In this document: positions 35,027 to 46,759 of the stretch, one piece after another | Numbering within the stretch: the stretch's first letter is position 1 | Layout of the letters: every line of letters begins with the position of its first letter | Assembly: GCF_006345805.1 (NCBI RefSeq) | Contig: NC_043006.1 | Location: 20,088,001 to 20,152,000, forward strand | Length of the DNA: 64,000 nucleotides | Source of the DNA: Octopus sinensis | Lineage: Eukaryota | Reading direction: 5' to 3' | Notes under the pieces: model-generated | Told to the model about the DNA's origin: nothing | What the model saw: the letters and a program-made list of their open reading frames with translations, nothing else | Databases searched by the model: none | Made by a program: the position numbers and the translations under genes

Positions 35027-35710
35027 AGTAAGGTATATACATAGGCACAGGAGTGGCTGTGTGGTAAGTAGCTTGCTTACCAACCACATGGTTCCAGGTT
35101 CATTCCCACTGTGTGGCACCTTGGGCAAGTGTCTTCTACTATAGCCTTGGGCCGACCTAAGCCTTGTGAGTGGATTTGGTAGAAAGAAACTGGAAGAAGC
35201 CCGTCGTATATATGTATATATATGTATGTGTGCATATGTTTGTGTGTCTGTGTTTGTCCCCCCACCATTGCTTGATAACCGATGGTGGTGTGTTTACGTC
35301 CCCGTAACTTAGCGGTTCAGCAATAGAGCCTGATAGAATAAGTACTAGGCTTACAAAGAATAAGTGCTGGGGTCGATTTACTTGACTAAAAAGCGGTGTG
35401 TTTACGGGGACGTAAACACACCACCATCGGTTGTCAAGCAATGGTGGAGGGACAAACACAGACACACAAACATATGCACACATACATATATATACATATA
35501 TACGACAGGCTTCTTCCAGTTTCTTTCTACCAAATCCACTCACAAGGCTTTGGTCGGCCCGAGGCTATAGTAGAAGACACTTGCCCAAGGTGCCACGCAG
35601 TGGGAATGAACCCGGAACCATGTGGTTGGTAAGCAAGATACTTACCACACAGCCACTCCTGTGCCTATGTATATACCTTACTGAAACAAGTAAAAGAGTA
35701 AAAAAAGAGT
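35027..35710 (+). mobile_element. SINE family A copy with an internal 281-bp inverted self-duplication
   Basis: Arms 35027-35307 and 35402-35682 share private variants and the 5' flank. Confidence 0.9.
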
Positions 35711-36042
35711 ATATCTTTTTATATTCCAGAGGAATTTGAAAACAGAGTAGCAAATGTCAACTCACCAGCTGCTGCCCAACCACAAACAACGACATCACTA
35801 TTTTCAGCCACAGATCATCACACACACACACAGAATATACAAGGAGCTTTTGTCAACTGACGTAATGTAATAGGTATGTACTATGAGCGCTCAGTTTAGC
35901 TTGCCACTAAATCTCCCGCTTGAACAGCAACTGAAAATTGTGATGTAGAGACTGCCTATCAGAGGTGAATAGAAGTGGTTTCTCCTTGAGTGATAGAATG
36001 AAAAAGTAAAACATTTGGCATCCCTCAAAAAAATATTTAATA

Positions 36043-36435
36043 GGCGCAGGAGTGGCTGTGTGGTTAGTAGCTTGTTTACCAACCACATGGTTCCAGGTTC
36101 AGTCCCACTGCATGGCACCTTGGGCAAGTGTCTTCTACTATAGCCTCGGGCCGACCAAAGCCTTGTGAGTGGATTTGGTAGATGGAAACTGAAAGAAGCC
36201 CGTCGTATATATGTATATATATATATATGTATGTGTGTGTGTTTGTCCCCTAGCATTGCTTGACAACCGATGCTGGTGTGCTTATGTCCCCCTCACTTAG
36301 CAGTTCGGCAAAACAGACCGATAGAATAAGTACTGGGCTTACAAAGAATAAGTGCCGGGGTCGAGTTGCTCGATTAAAGGCGGTGCTCCAGCATGGCTGC
36401 AGTCAAATGACTGAAACAAGTAAAAGAGTAAAGAG
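36043..36435 (+). mobile_element. SINE family A
   Basis: Full length. Confidence 0.9.
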
Positions 36436-36462
36436 TAATTTAGATGAAGAATATAAGCATAT

Positions 36463-36830
36463 ACCTCTGTGTGAAAAGTCTGGCTGCATCCGAAAAAATA
36501 TATATCATGAAACAAAAATAAACACAAAATTTATTACACGAATCTGTTACCACCACGACAGTCAACTATTTGACGCCGAACACGAGTTTGATGTTGAATA
36601 CATCCACGAGTTTTCTGCTCAGCTCTTTCCAAGACTGCAAGACGGCTTCGTGCAATTCATGCCTCGTTGTAGGGTTTTTCGGTTCAACTTTATCGGCCAA
36701 AACTTTGAAAATGCCTTCATCTAATGTAAACATGTGTTGAATAGAACTCACTGAATAAATCTTAATTAACTGTGTTGTCAATTGTATGCACCTGACGTGT
36801 ATGCAGCCAGAGTTTTCACACAGAGGATAG
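36463..36830 (-). mobile_element. Tc1-derived non-autonomous element
   Basis: 26-bp TIR CCTCTGTGTGAAAA(G/C)TCTGGCTGCAT; internal transposase C-terminal remnant KNPTTRHELHEAVLQSWKEL..KLVD. Confidence 0.75.
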
Positions 36831-37202
36831 ATGCTATATGTTTATATTCTCTATTCAAATTAAGTGTTTTTCTTAAGTGAGGCTAAATGTTTTGCCTTTC
36901 CACTTTTCACTTTAATATAAAAATAAATCTTTTAATCTTTCTTTAATCTTTTACTTGTTTCAGTCATTTGACTGTGGCCATGCTGGAGAACCACCGTTAG
37001 TCCAGCAAATCGACCCCAGGACTTATTCTTTGTAAGCCTAGTACTTATTCTATCAGTCTCTTAGTCCAGGTTGCATTGCTTTCAACTTTATCTTCTATCA
37101 TTACTGATATTATCCAGAAATATCATTGGCTGATAACCAAACAAGGAACAATTCAAAACGTTATCATTAAAAAATTTCGAATATTTAGGCAAATATAAGA
37201 AC

Positions 37203-37309
37203 CTGTTGTCGTCGTTGGCGCTGAGCTTGTATACCATAGTAAGGATTGTTCATTTCTTCGTCCATGCAGCCGTGCCATAGTTCTTCCTTTGTAATCTCAG
37301 GAGTGTGCG
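37203..37309 (-). CDS. TRMT13: TRMT13 exon E: (A)HTPEITKEELWHGCMDEEMNNPYYGIQAQRQRRQQ
   Basis: ttctatttcag acceptor, weak CAG/gttctt donor, phase 1 to 0; ends at the QQ that precedes ASLIG. Confidence 0.87.
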
Positions 37310-37899
37310 CTGAAATAGAAAACCAAGCAGTATTGGTAATATCTACAGTCTCTATATAATAGTAACTGATAATAAATGTTTGGTTGGTTTGTTGATTTCT
37401 CTAGTCATATTTTACATTGTATGGAGATACATACATACATATATATATGTAGAGAGATAGAGAGAAAGAGAGGGGGAGTGAGAGACAGAGTAAAAGAGAA
37501 ATACAGAGTGCACATACTAGGCTTAGTGGTAGGCAATGAGTAAAGGAATGCCCCCCCCCATGCACACACACATACAGAAGGAATCACAGAAGAAGAGAAG
37601 GAAGGGGAGAAAGAAGAAGAAAAAAGGGATTAAATGACAGTGGTTACAATGGGGAGTTTAAATTTTGGAGAGAGTTTTTCAGTGAAGTAGGTTACAGTTG
37701 TGGTGATAAAATCTAGTAAAAATAAGGACATATATTTATTGCAAATATACAAATGTATTCAAATGGGAAATTACTTTCATTTAATTTTAAGGGAAAAAAA
37801 ACATTTTTTTAGAAGAAATTTGATAAGAGCTTAAATCAATATTATTGCATGTATGCCATATTCAATATTACTTATGGCCGCAAAAGTATTATAATGTGC

Positions 37900-38190
37900 T
37901 GTAAAAGCACCATCCGTTCATGTCCGTTGCCAGCCTCGCCTGGCCCCCGTGCCGGTGGCACGTAAAAGCACCATCCGTTCGTGGCCGTTTGCCAGCTCCG
38001 TCTGGCACCTGTGCGGGTGGCACATAAAAAGCACCCACTACACTCACGGAGTGATTGGCGTTAGGAAGGGCATCCAGCCATAGAAACACTGCCAGATCAG
38101 ACTGGGCCTGATGCAGCCTTCCGGCTTCACAGACCCCAGTTGAACCATCCAACCCATGCTAGCATGGAAAGCGGACGCTAAAAGATGATG
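37900..38190 (+). mobile_element. RTE 3'UTR and tail
   Basis: UTR repeats and tail. Confidence 0.85.
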
Positions 38191-38324
38191 TACGACATCT
38201 AACATTAGTCTATTCTTTTCTTCTCTAGGCACATGGCCTGAAAATTTTTGGGAGGGGGCCAGTCAATCAGATCGACCCCAGTATGCAACTGGTACTTAAT
38301 TTTCAACCTCGAAAGGATGAAATA

Positions 38325-38562
38325 AATTGCCGGCATCAGTTGTTAGTTGTCGGAGCACTGCATCCTTCAGAACTTCCATGCTTCCTGAGATTCGCCAACA
38401 CTATACCTGATTTTCTCCACTCCATACACACGCAAGCATATATCTGACTCATACACTGTTCACTTCCCAGACATTTGTACATTAAGGCACATGCTTTATA
38501 CGCACTTAAATTGTGGTGTACCTGAACACTGTATACAATAATTTCATTATTATTATTATTAT
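38325..38562 (+). mobile_element. CR1-type LINE 3' end with (ATT)n tail, inside a SINE C relic
   Basis: PASVVSCRSTASF...EIRQHYT* remnant. Confidence 0.7.
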
Positions 38563-38621
38563 AAAGGCAAAGTCAACCTCGGTGCAATTTGAACTCAGAA
38601 CACAGCGGCAAATGAAATACC

Positions 38622-38850
38622 CATTTCTTTACTACCCACAAGGGGCTAAACACAGAGAGGACAAACAAGGACAGACAAACAGATTAAGTCGATTACATCG
38701 AAACCAGTGCGTAACTGGTACTTAATTTGTCGACCCCGAAAGGATAAAAGGCAAAGTCGACCTCGACGGAATTTGAACTCAGAATGTAACGGCAGACGAA
38801 ATACGGCTATGCATTTCACCCGGCGAGCTAACATTTCTGCCAACTCGCCA
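38622..38850 (-). mobile_element. SINE family C
   Basis: Full length, reverse orientation. Confidence 0.87.
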
Positions 38851-39043
38851 TCTTCATTCAACATTAGTATATTATAGAATTACTAAAGCTCGTAGGATTT
38901 AATTTTCAGTTTTCTAATCAGGAGGTACATACATATGAACGTACACACACATACACACACACACACATATAGGAACATGGATTCTGCTCATAAAATATGT
39001 CTATCGCATGAATGTATGGTATATTTTGGAGAGGAGAAATCTA

Positions 39044-39457
39044 GGATCTTTTCGGTTTAAACGGCAGTTTTTTCTAGTGGTGCCATATGAAATTGTCACC
39101 CATAATTATGACCCTAGTATCGATCTATTGCATTTCAATCTGTTTTAGGGTTAGGGTGGGGGGAAGGGTATCTTTTTTTCTTCACAAATGTAAATAAACC
39201 CAATTTGTTTCTTAAACGAGGGACATAGTCATACAGCACAGAATGTTGTTGTTTTTTTACCTCAATAGATGTCAGTGATTGGTTGAAATTTCAGAAATTG
39301 AAGAAAAAAAACAAATATCTTACAAACTATAGAATTTTCTCAATAAAGCCACGAGAAAAAGATGTTTTATAATCACATTCTACCAGTATACGAAGTTTAA
39401 AATTTTTTGGTTACCTAGAAATTATGTTAAAAACTGCCGTTCAAACCGAAAAGATCC
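39044..39457. mobile_element. 414-bp DNA-transposon MITE (GG ends, 8-bp TSD; Merlin-like)
   Basis: TIR GGATCTTTTCGGTTTAAACGGCAGTTTTT with 1 mismatch; perfect TSD GAAATCTA. Confidence 0.85.
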
Positions 39458-39753
39458 GAAATCTATGTTTCTTTAATCAGGCATTTAACTTAACAAGGAT
39501 ACTATGTAATTAAAAATATATTTAACGGTTAAGGACTAGAGTTGTAATATAAAGGGAAGTAATCTTATGAATTAGTAACTCGGTAATAAAATTACTTCCC
39601 TTTAGCAAGTAACTTAGAAAATCCGTCGCTCCTCGGACAGGTGAAGTTATACAAAGGACACCAGACTGTTCTTCTCGTCTCTGGAGCAGAGTTGTATTCA
39701 TGAAACAAATTTCAGTTAAGCTAAGCTAGCAGTAAACCGGTATAATATAGCAA

Positions 39754-39985
39754 GGCGGCGAGCTGGCAGAATCGTTAGCACGCCGGGCAAAATGCTCTGT
39801 CTATTTCGCCTGTCGTTACGTTCTGAGTTCAAATTCCGCCGAGGTCGACTTTGCCTTTCATCCTTTCGGGGTCGATAAATTAAGTACCAGTTACGCACTG
39901 GGGTCGATGTAATCGACTTAATACCTATGTCTGTCCTTGTTTGTCCCCTCTGTGTTTAGCCCCTTGTGGGTAATAAAGAAATAGG
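39754..39985 (+). mobile_element. SINE family C
   Basis: TSD ggtataatatag. Confidence 0.9.
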
Positions 39986-40373
39986 TATAATATAGTAGAA
40001 CAGTTTTCTACTGCAAATAACGGGGTTGTATTTTTCTTTCAATTCCTATATCTCTTTTTCTTATCGAAGGTGAGCAAGAATCTTAAGAGGTGGGGGGCCT
40101 GTGAGGACTGGAAAGGGGACGGATACGTGAAAAAGTATAGAATAGATAGACAGGATTTGTGCTGAAATCGAAGCCCAAATATTCAGCGTCCTAATTATGT
40201 GAGACGTAGTCCAGCTGAAGAAGAAGAAGAAGAAGAGACTAATTGAAAAAAAGATAAAAGATGAACAAGCAGTTGTTTATGCATCAAAACATTTATTAAA
40301 CATGTTACAAAAATGGGTATGGGTAAAATTGTGTCCATTTTCTGTTTGGTGTGTGTGTATATATATATACATA

Positions 40374-40775
40374 GTCGCAGGAGTGGCTGTGTGGTAAGTA
40401 GCTTGCTAACCAACCACATGTTCCCGGGTTCAGTCCCACTGCGTGGCATCTTGGGCAAGTGTCTTCTGCTATAGCCCCAGGCCAACCAATGCCTTGTGAG
40501 TGGATTTGGTAGACGGAAACTGAAAGAAGCCTGTCGTATATATGTATATATATATAAGTGTGTGTGTCTGTGTTTATCCCCCTAGTATTGCTTGACAACC
40601 GATGCTGGTGTGTTTATGTCCCTGTCACTTAGCGGTTCGGCAAAAGAAACCGATAGAATAAGTACTGGGCTTACAAAGAATAAGTCCCGGGGTCGATTTG
40701 CTCGACTAAAGGCGGTGCTCCAGCATGGCCGCAGTCAAATGACTGAAACAAGTAAAAAGAGTAAAAAAAAGAGTA
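40374..40775 (+). mobile_element. SINE family A
   Basis: Full length, tail abuts the exon D donor. Confidence 0.9.
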
Positions 40776-40785
40776 ATATAAATAC

Positions 40786-40855
40786 CTTTATAGACCTGAT
40801 CAATTTGCTGTATGAGCGATGCCAGGTGGTTGCTGGAAGCTGTCAAAACTGACAC
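40786..40855 (-). CDS. TRMT13: TRMT13 exon D: VSVLTASSNHLASLIQQIDQVYK(A)
   Basis: ttccttgcag acceptor, gtattt donor, phase 0 to 1; fits between exons C and E. Confidence 0.85.
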
Positions 40856-41899
40856 CTGCAAGGAATTATAAATATATATATTTATATATCAACAGTAATG
40901 CTCCAGCATGACTGCAGCTTTAAAGCTGAAACAATTTAAATGGTTTATATATACAGGGGTATCTTTTTCTCTTTAGCACTGTTCTTTCTTTTTCCTCTTT
41001 CCTTCTTTCTCTTTTTTCAACACATCAATTCTTTTACATTTCTTTTTCCTTTTTCCTTCTTTTTTTCACATATCAGAACATAAATAAACATTTACCATTA
41101 CACAACAGCCAGTGCCCTCACACCATAGTCCCTTTCTCTTAGCTCCGTAATACTATCTGTCTGTCTTCCTCTACGCTGCCATTCTCTCGCTTGTCAGCTC
41201 CTCAGATTCCCTGTCTGTCTTCCTCTACCGACCGCCCTCGTATCAGTCCCGTCTCTGCTAGAGCTGCCGGCCGACTGTCTTAACAGGCTCACATCTCCTG
41301 CTTTTTAAAGGGGTGTTTCCTCGAACTTTCTTTCACCTGAATCTGACAGGACAAAGGATTTACTCACAAAAGTCGGTCGTAAGCACTGTCCCTGAATTGC
41401 TATAACACTATATTATGAGTGTCCCATGATACAAGCTGTCTCTCGGCCAATTTTCTGATTTGAGTTGTGAGCTGAAATTCAGGTTTTGAGCCAGCTTCAG
41501 ACACCTCACCGCTATTTGGTGTAGCAAATGCCAGAGTGAATGTTGTAACACCACCCAGCATCTTGTATCTTACTCGATAGGTAGACAGACATGCACGTTA
41601 GCAAGTGCAAAGATCTTAAATGGATCGTTAGCTAGATGGGTAGTAAAATGCTTACTTTAGTCATTGCAGGTTACAGAAGCATCAGTGTTGTGCTCACAAT
41701 TGTGCTTGCAATTATTTTTCAAAACTTGTTTTTCCAACCATGGGCCGAAGAATGTGAGTGTGAAGGACAGTGCTGGGAAGAAGAAGTGGATGATGTGCAT
41801 TGAATTAAAGAAAGAAATTATTGTAAAATATAACCAAAGTGTGCTTGTAGTCGACTTATTGAACCAGTACGAGCATAGCACTTATACGATCTGCACCAT

Positions 41900-42099
41900 C
41901 ATCTTCATCTTCATCATCATTGTTCGACCGTGGTCGAGACAATGGAATTTACCATGTTATGCTAGACTTCACAGTCCATCATAGCATTATGGAGGTCCTG
42001 TTGCTGGATGCCTGTATCCCTGGAGATTACATCAGGGTAGGAGAGTGTGCGTCCTCTGGTATTGCGAGTAGATGGCTTCCAGAGGAGAAGAGTAGAAAT
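41900..42099 (-). mobile_element. RTE family 2 3' end nested in Tigger
   Basis: Homologous to 28400-28600; TSD tgcaccat; removing it restores TICTIL. Confidence 0.88.
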
Positions 42100-43017
42100 T
42101 GCACCATACTGAGTTGATAAAGCCTATAATGCCACCCAAGGGTGTTAAAATAATTTCTAAACAGTAGACACCTATCCATGAAAATATGAAGAAGTTGCTG
42201 CTGGTGAGGTTGACTGAGAAGCAGTTTGCAGGAGATACTGTGATGGAGGCTATAATCTGCGAGAAGGCATGAGCTATTTATGCTGGTCATAACCAGACCC
42301 CAGGCAGTTGCACGGACGAGGCAGCAGGCAAACCGTTTAAGGCCAGTCGAGGATGGTTTGAGAATTTTAAAAAGAGATGACTGGCATTCACTCCGTTGTC
42401 GGACTTCCTGAGGCAGCAAGCGTGGATATGAAGGCAGCTGAGGATTCCTTCAAAACTTTTGCTGGGATTATAGCAGCCAAAGGATACATCCCCCAGTAAG
42501 TCTTCAAGATGAGACAGGACTCTTTTGGAAGAAGATGCTAAGGAGGACTTATATAATGGCAGAGAAGAGGATGCCAGGCCACAAACCCATGAGGGACAGG
42601 TTAACCCTCGCAACGTGCACCAATGCGAGTGACAAGATTAAGCCACTGCTTGTTTATCATTTGGAAAACCCCAGAACCTTTAAGTCACATAAGATTCTGA
42701 AAGAAAAACTGCAGGTTAAGTGGAGGGCAAACCCAAGAGTGTGGGTCACCAGTGGAGTGGGTGAATTTTGTTTTTGGTCTTGACGTTAAGAAATATCTGC
42801 AGGAAAATAACCTATCCCTGCAAGCCTTTCTCGTCCTGGACAGTGCACCTGCTCACCCACTTAACCTTGAAGATGACATCCTCAAAGAGTTCAAGTTTAA
42901 AAAGGTTTTCTACCTACCACCAAATTCTATCCCTGTACTGCAGCAGGTGATTTCTAATTTCAGGAAGCTCTTCACTAAGCACCTGTTCTGCCACTGCTTT
43001 GAGGAGGAGGAGGAGGA

Positions 43018-43468
43018 GATGATGATGATGATGATGATGATAATAATAATAATTGTGTACAGGTGCACTACAACTCATCTAAAGTGTATATATAATCAGG
43101 TGTAGTTTTCGGCGGATTTCGGAAAGCATGAGGGCCTTAAAGGATGCAGTGTCATGGCAGTCAACAACTGACGCAGGCAGTTTATTCCATGCTTCAGCAA
43201 CTCTGAGCGTGAAAAAATGTTTCCGAAAGTCATGGGGGCTGTGTTGTTTTCTGACTTTGTAGGCATGTCCACGTGTGTTAGACACATGGAGATCAAAAAG
43301 GTGTTCAGTGTTGTTGTTGGTGAGGTGGTTGATAACTTTGTGGGTGTTTACCAAGTCCGTTGCCAGATGCCGGAGCTTCAGTGAATCTATGCCCAGGGAA
43401 ACAAGGCGCTCAGAATATGGTAGGTGTCTGATGGAGGGTATGCGTTTGGTTGCACGTCTCTGGACATG
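43018..43468 (-). mobile_element. CR1-type LINE 3' end nested in Tigger
   Basis: VQRRATK.IP..RHLPYSERL, TRGHAYK, FFTLRVAEAWNKLP. Confidence 0.88.
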
Positions 43469-43972
43469 ATGGAGAACACAAACCTCTCCCTTTGAGAGTT
43501 CAGGAAGGACCACTATAACATTGTGATATGCCTCAGAATTATCGATATGGCCTGGCAGGATGTTATAAAGAGAACCTTGACCTCTGTGTGGAAGAAGCTA
43601 TGACCTGATGTTGAGTCTGAAACAAACTTTGAAAGACTTGAACCCAAAGCAGCATTGGTGGAGGGGATTGTATCCATTGGCAAGTCCATGGGCCTGGTCA
43701 TGGATGAAGGTGACATCAACAAGTTCATCCAGGAGCACTCTGAGGAACTGACAAGGACGAAGCTAAAGGAGCTACAGGCAGAGCAGCACAGAGGTTTTTC
43801 AGTAAGTAGGTGACACGGCATAGGTTATCTCTACAAGTGTGAGAAAGGAAATGTTGGGAGTGTGGGAGAAACTTCAGACTTTATTCAAAAGAAACACCCA
43901 GAAAATATTGCAACTGGATGTGTGACAGCACTGTTTAATGACACTTGTTTAAATCATTTCAGAAAAATTCAT

Positions 43973-44600
43973 AGGCACAGGAGTGGCTGTGTGGTAAGTA
44001 GCTTGTTTACCAACCACATGGTTCCGGGTTCAGTCCCACTGCGTGGCACCTTGGGCAAGTGTCTTCTACTATAGCCTCGGGCCGACCAAAGCCTTGTGAG
44101 CGGATTTGGTAGATGGAAACTGAAAGAAGCCCGTCGTATATATGTATATATATATATATATATGCGTGTGTGTGTTTGTGTGTCTGTGTTTGTCCCCCTA
44201 GCATTGCTCGACAACCGATGCTGGTGTGTTTATGTCCCTGTCACTTAGCGGTTCGATAAAGAGACCGATAGAATAAGTACTGGGCTTACAAAGAATAAGT
44301 CCTGGGGTCGAGTTGCTTGATTAACCCATTAGTTACTGTATTTATTTTGAGATACCCTGTGTTTCTTTTAATTATTTTAAATATAATAAAGAATTTAGTA
44401 AAATAACTTAGTTATCGTTAAGTTAGTGTTAGGAACCTAAATTTTGACTAAGGTTTGGTGGAAGATTTTAACTCAAAACTTATGAAAACAAGACATTTGT
44501 ACTACAGAACCAGAGCCAGTTTCAGCCGGGTTAGTAATGAAAGGGTTAAAGGCGGTGCTCCAGCATGGCCGCAGTCAAATGACTGAAACAAGTAAAAAAA
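43973..44600 (+). mobile_element. SINE family A interrupted by a PB1 MITE
   Basis: The SINE body resumes after the duplicated TTAA. Confidence 0.9.
44325..44545 (-). mobile_element. piggyBac-like MITE PB1 (221 bp)
   Basis: TTAA/CCC...GGG/TTAA. Confidence 0.9.
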
Positions 44601-45056
44601 AACAAAAAACATCCACACACACACACACATACAATATATAAGCAGGTGCCATGTTAAAAGCACCTAGCACACACTGTTAAGTGGTTGCCATAGAAACCAA
44701 ACCAGATCAGACTGGAGCCTGGTGCAGATCTCTGGTTTACCAGCTCTGGTCAAACCAACCAACCAACCAACCAACCAACATGGTAAAAAACAGATATTAA
44801 AGGATGATGATGATGATGATGATGATGATACACACACACACACATAACCATACAAGCTATATATTGACATATATAGCTTAGATGGTTAAACAGGATCCAA
44901 TGGGTCAGAGAACCACATTTTGCTCCTGCAGAGATATTGTGCACAAGACATGGTCCACCACTCTGTTAGCTCCTGACTAACCATCCAACCCATGGGAACA
45001 TGGACAGCAGAAATTAAAATGATGATGGTATGTGTGTGTGATGATGGTATGTGATA

Positions 45057-45290
45057 GGCGGTGAGCTGGCAGAAACGTTAGCACGCCGGGCGAAATGCTT
45101 ACCGGTATTTCGTCTGCCGTTACGTTGTGAGTTCAAATTCCGCCGAGGTCAACTTTGCCTTTCATCCTTTCGGGGTCGATAAATTAAGTAACAGTTACGC
45201 ACTGGGTTCGATGTGATCGACTTAATACCTATGTCTGTCCTTGTTTGTCCCCTCTATGTTTAGCCCCTTGTGGGTAATAAAGAAATAGGT
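45057..45290 (+). mobile_element. SINE family C
   Basis: Full length. Confidence 0.88.
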
Positions 45291-45363
45291 ATGTGTGTGT
45301 GTGTGCGCACGCACGAGCGTGTGTGTGTGCATATTGATACTAAGGAATGTGATTCAGTTTTAC

Positions 45364-45426
45364 CTTGTCTGGACATAACTCTCCTTCGTCTAAGGATCCG
45401 GAGTTGATTTCATTGATGTGATATAT
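45364..45426 (-). CDS. TRMT13: TRMT13 exon C: IYHINEINSGSLDEGELCPDK
   Basis: cctgtattacag acceptor, gtaaaa donor, 63 nt, phase 0 to 0; INSG corresponds to the family DINAG motif. Confidence 0.9.
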
Positions 45427-45587
45427 CTGTAATACAGGAACATTGATAAATTAGAGCATTGTATAATATATGACAGTACTGTATTAATATCTCTATGAAT
45501 GTATATGGATAGATGGATAAGTAGCTAGATAGATAGACAGATAGACACACACACTAATATTGTCTCTTCATATTCTAATTATTAATC

Positions 45588-45869
45588 TTTCCCATGACTT
45601 TCGGAAACATTTTTTCACGCTCAGAGTTGCCGAAGCATGGAACAAACCGCCTGCGTCAGTTGTTGACTGCCATGACACTGCATCCTTTAAGGCCCTCATG
45701 CTTTCCAAAATCCGCTGAAACTACACCTGATTGTTCCCCTTCCATACTCATACACATATGTGTATGTCATGACTCATGCACTGTTCTTTTCCTGACGCTT
45801 GTACATTACCCTATGTACTATACATACACTTTAGATGAGTTGTAGTGCACCTGAGCACTGCACACAATG

Positions 45870-45912
<43 letters not shown>
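45588..45912 (+). mobile_element. CR1-type LINE 3' end with (ATT)n tail
   Basis: Same family as 43018-43468, with about 100 bp more 3'UTR. Confidence 0.85.
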
Positions 45913-45913
<1 letters not shown>

Positions 45914-46359
45914 TATTCCATGTCCTGGGTATGACTTTAAACCATACCTGGTTCAGGAGTTCCAGGGTTTCAAGGAGTGTAGAAACATGTCTCAGCCACT
46001 ATTGTACCCAGGTCTAATCTGCTCTGGAGTAGTAACACCTTTCAGGGTCACAGCTATAGGTTGATTAGTAAGTCAGTTGAGCAGATAGAGCTCGTTAGCC
46101 TGGGGTGTGGGACCCATTGAGGGGAAGGAAAACCTCAGCATTAGTCATTAAATTTGTATGTTCACAAATTAATGCAAATAAAAAAAGCTAGCTCATCAGA
46201 TCACTGGGACAGCATGGTTACATCAACAATTCAACTCTAAATATACACACAAAATTCACTCTTTATACACACAATGTATGGATGGTTGGAACTGGACAAA
46301 AATCACTCTTTATATATATATATAATCAATGTATGGAAGGCTTGAACTGGACAAAATTA

Positions 46360-46544
46360 CGAGGGGCGTTCAATAAGTAATGCCCCTGACCCACTTGCAG
46401 GTCTTCAGAGCTGCATCAAACGATGGGAGAAATGCGTAACTCTGAGTGGTTCCTATGTAGAAAAAGACTAATAACTGTACCAAGTTTCGTTGCTCTACTG
46501 CTATGGGAAGTGGGCCAGGGGCATTACTTATTGAACGCCCCTTG
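46360..46544 (+). mobile_element. mariner-derived MITE (185 bp)
   Basis: TA/CGAGGGGCGTTCAATAAGTAATGCCCCTG TIR; internal GLQSCIKRWEKCVTLSGSYVEKD*. Confidence 0.88.
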
Positions 46545-46759
46545 TATATCGATTTGGTCAGTAAAAGGGAAACACCCAAGTCAAGTTATATTGCACAAAA
46601 AAATTTCTTCATATACGAATATCCCCATATCAATCAAGTTAAAGTGCTAGATAGAAATTGAGGAATTAACCATCCTTAATTTTAAAAAAGATAGCAAAAA
46701 GAAAAAAACCAAGAGATAAAGTAGACATAAGATAATTGATAAAATAAAATAACAGAAAA

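Larger units (their letters stand above)
41410..43970 (+). mobile_element. Degraded Tigger/pogo DNA transposon (HTH-CENPB plus DDE transposase relic)
   Basis: GPKNVSVKDSAGKKK..IELKKEII, RDRLTL...KPLLVYH.ENPR.FK, LVLDSAPAHP, ENTNLSL.EF.KDHYNIV; several stops and frameshifts. Confidence 0.88.

Noticed and set aside
40990-41407. Solo LTR candidate on the minus strand
   Set aside because: It has one TGTTA-type end and an internal 18-bp direct repeat, but the other end and a TSD could not be found.
42535-43105. Domesticated TIGD gene
   Set aside because: Stops, frameshifts and nested LINE insertions disrupt the transposase.
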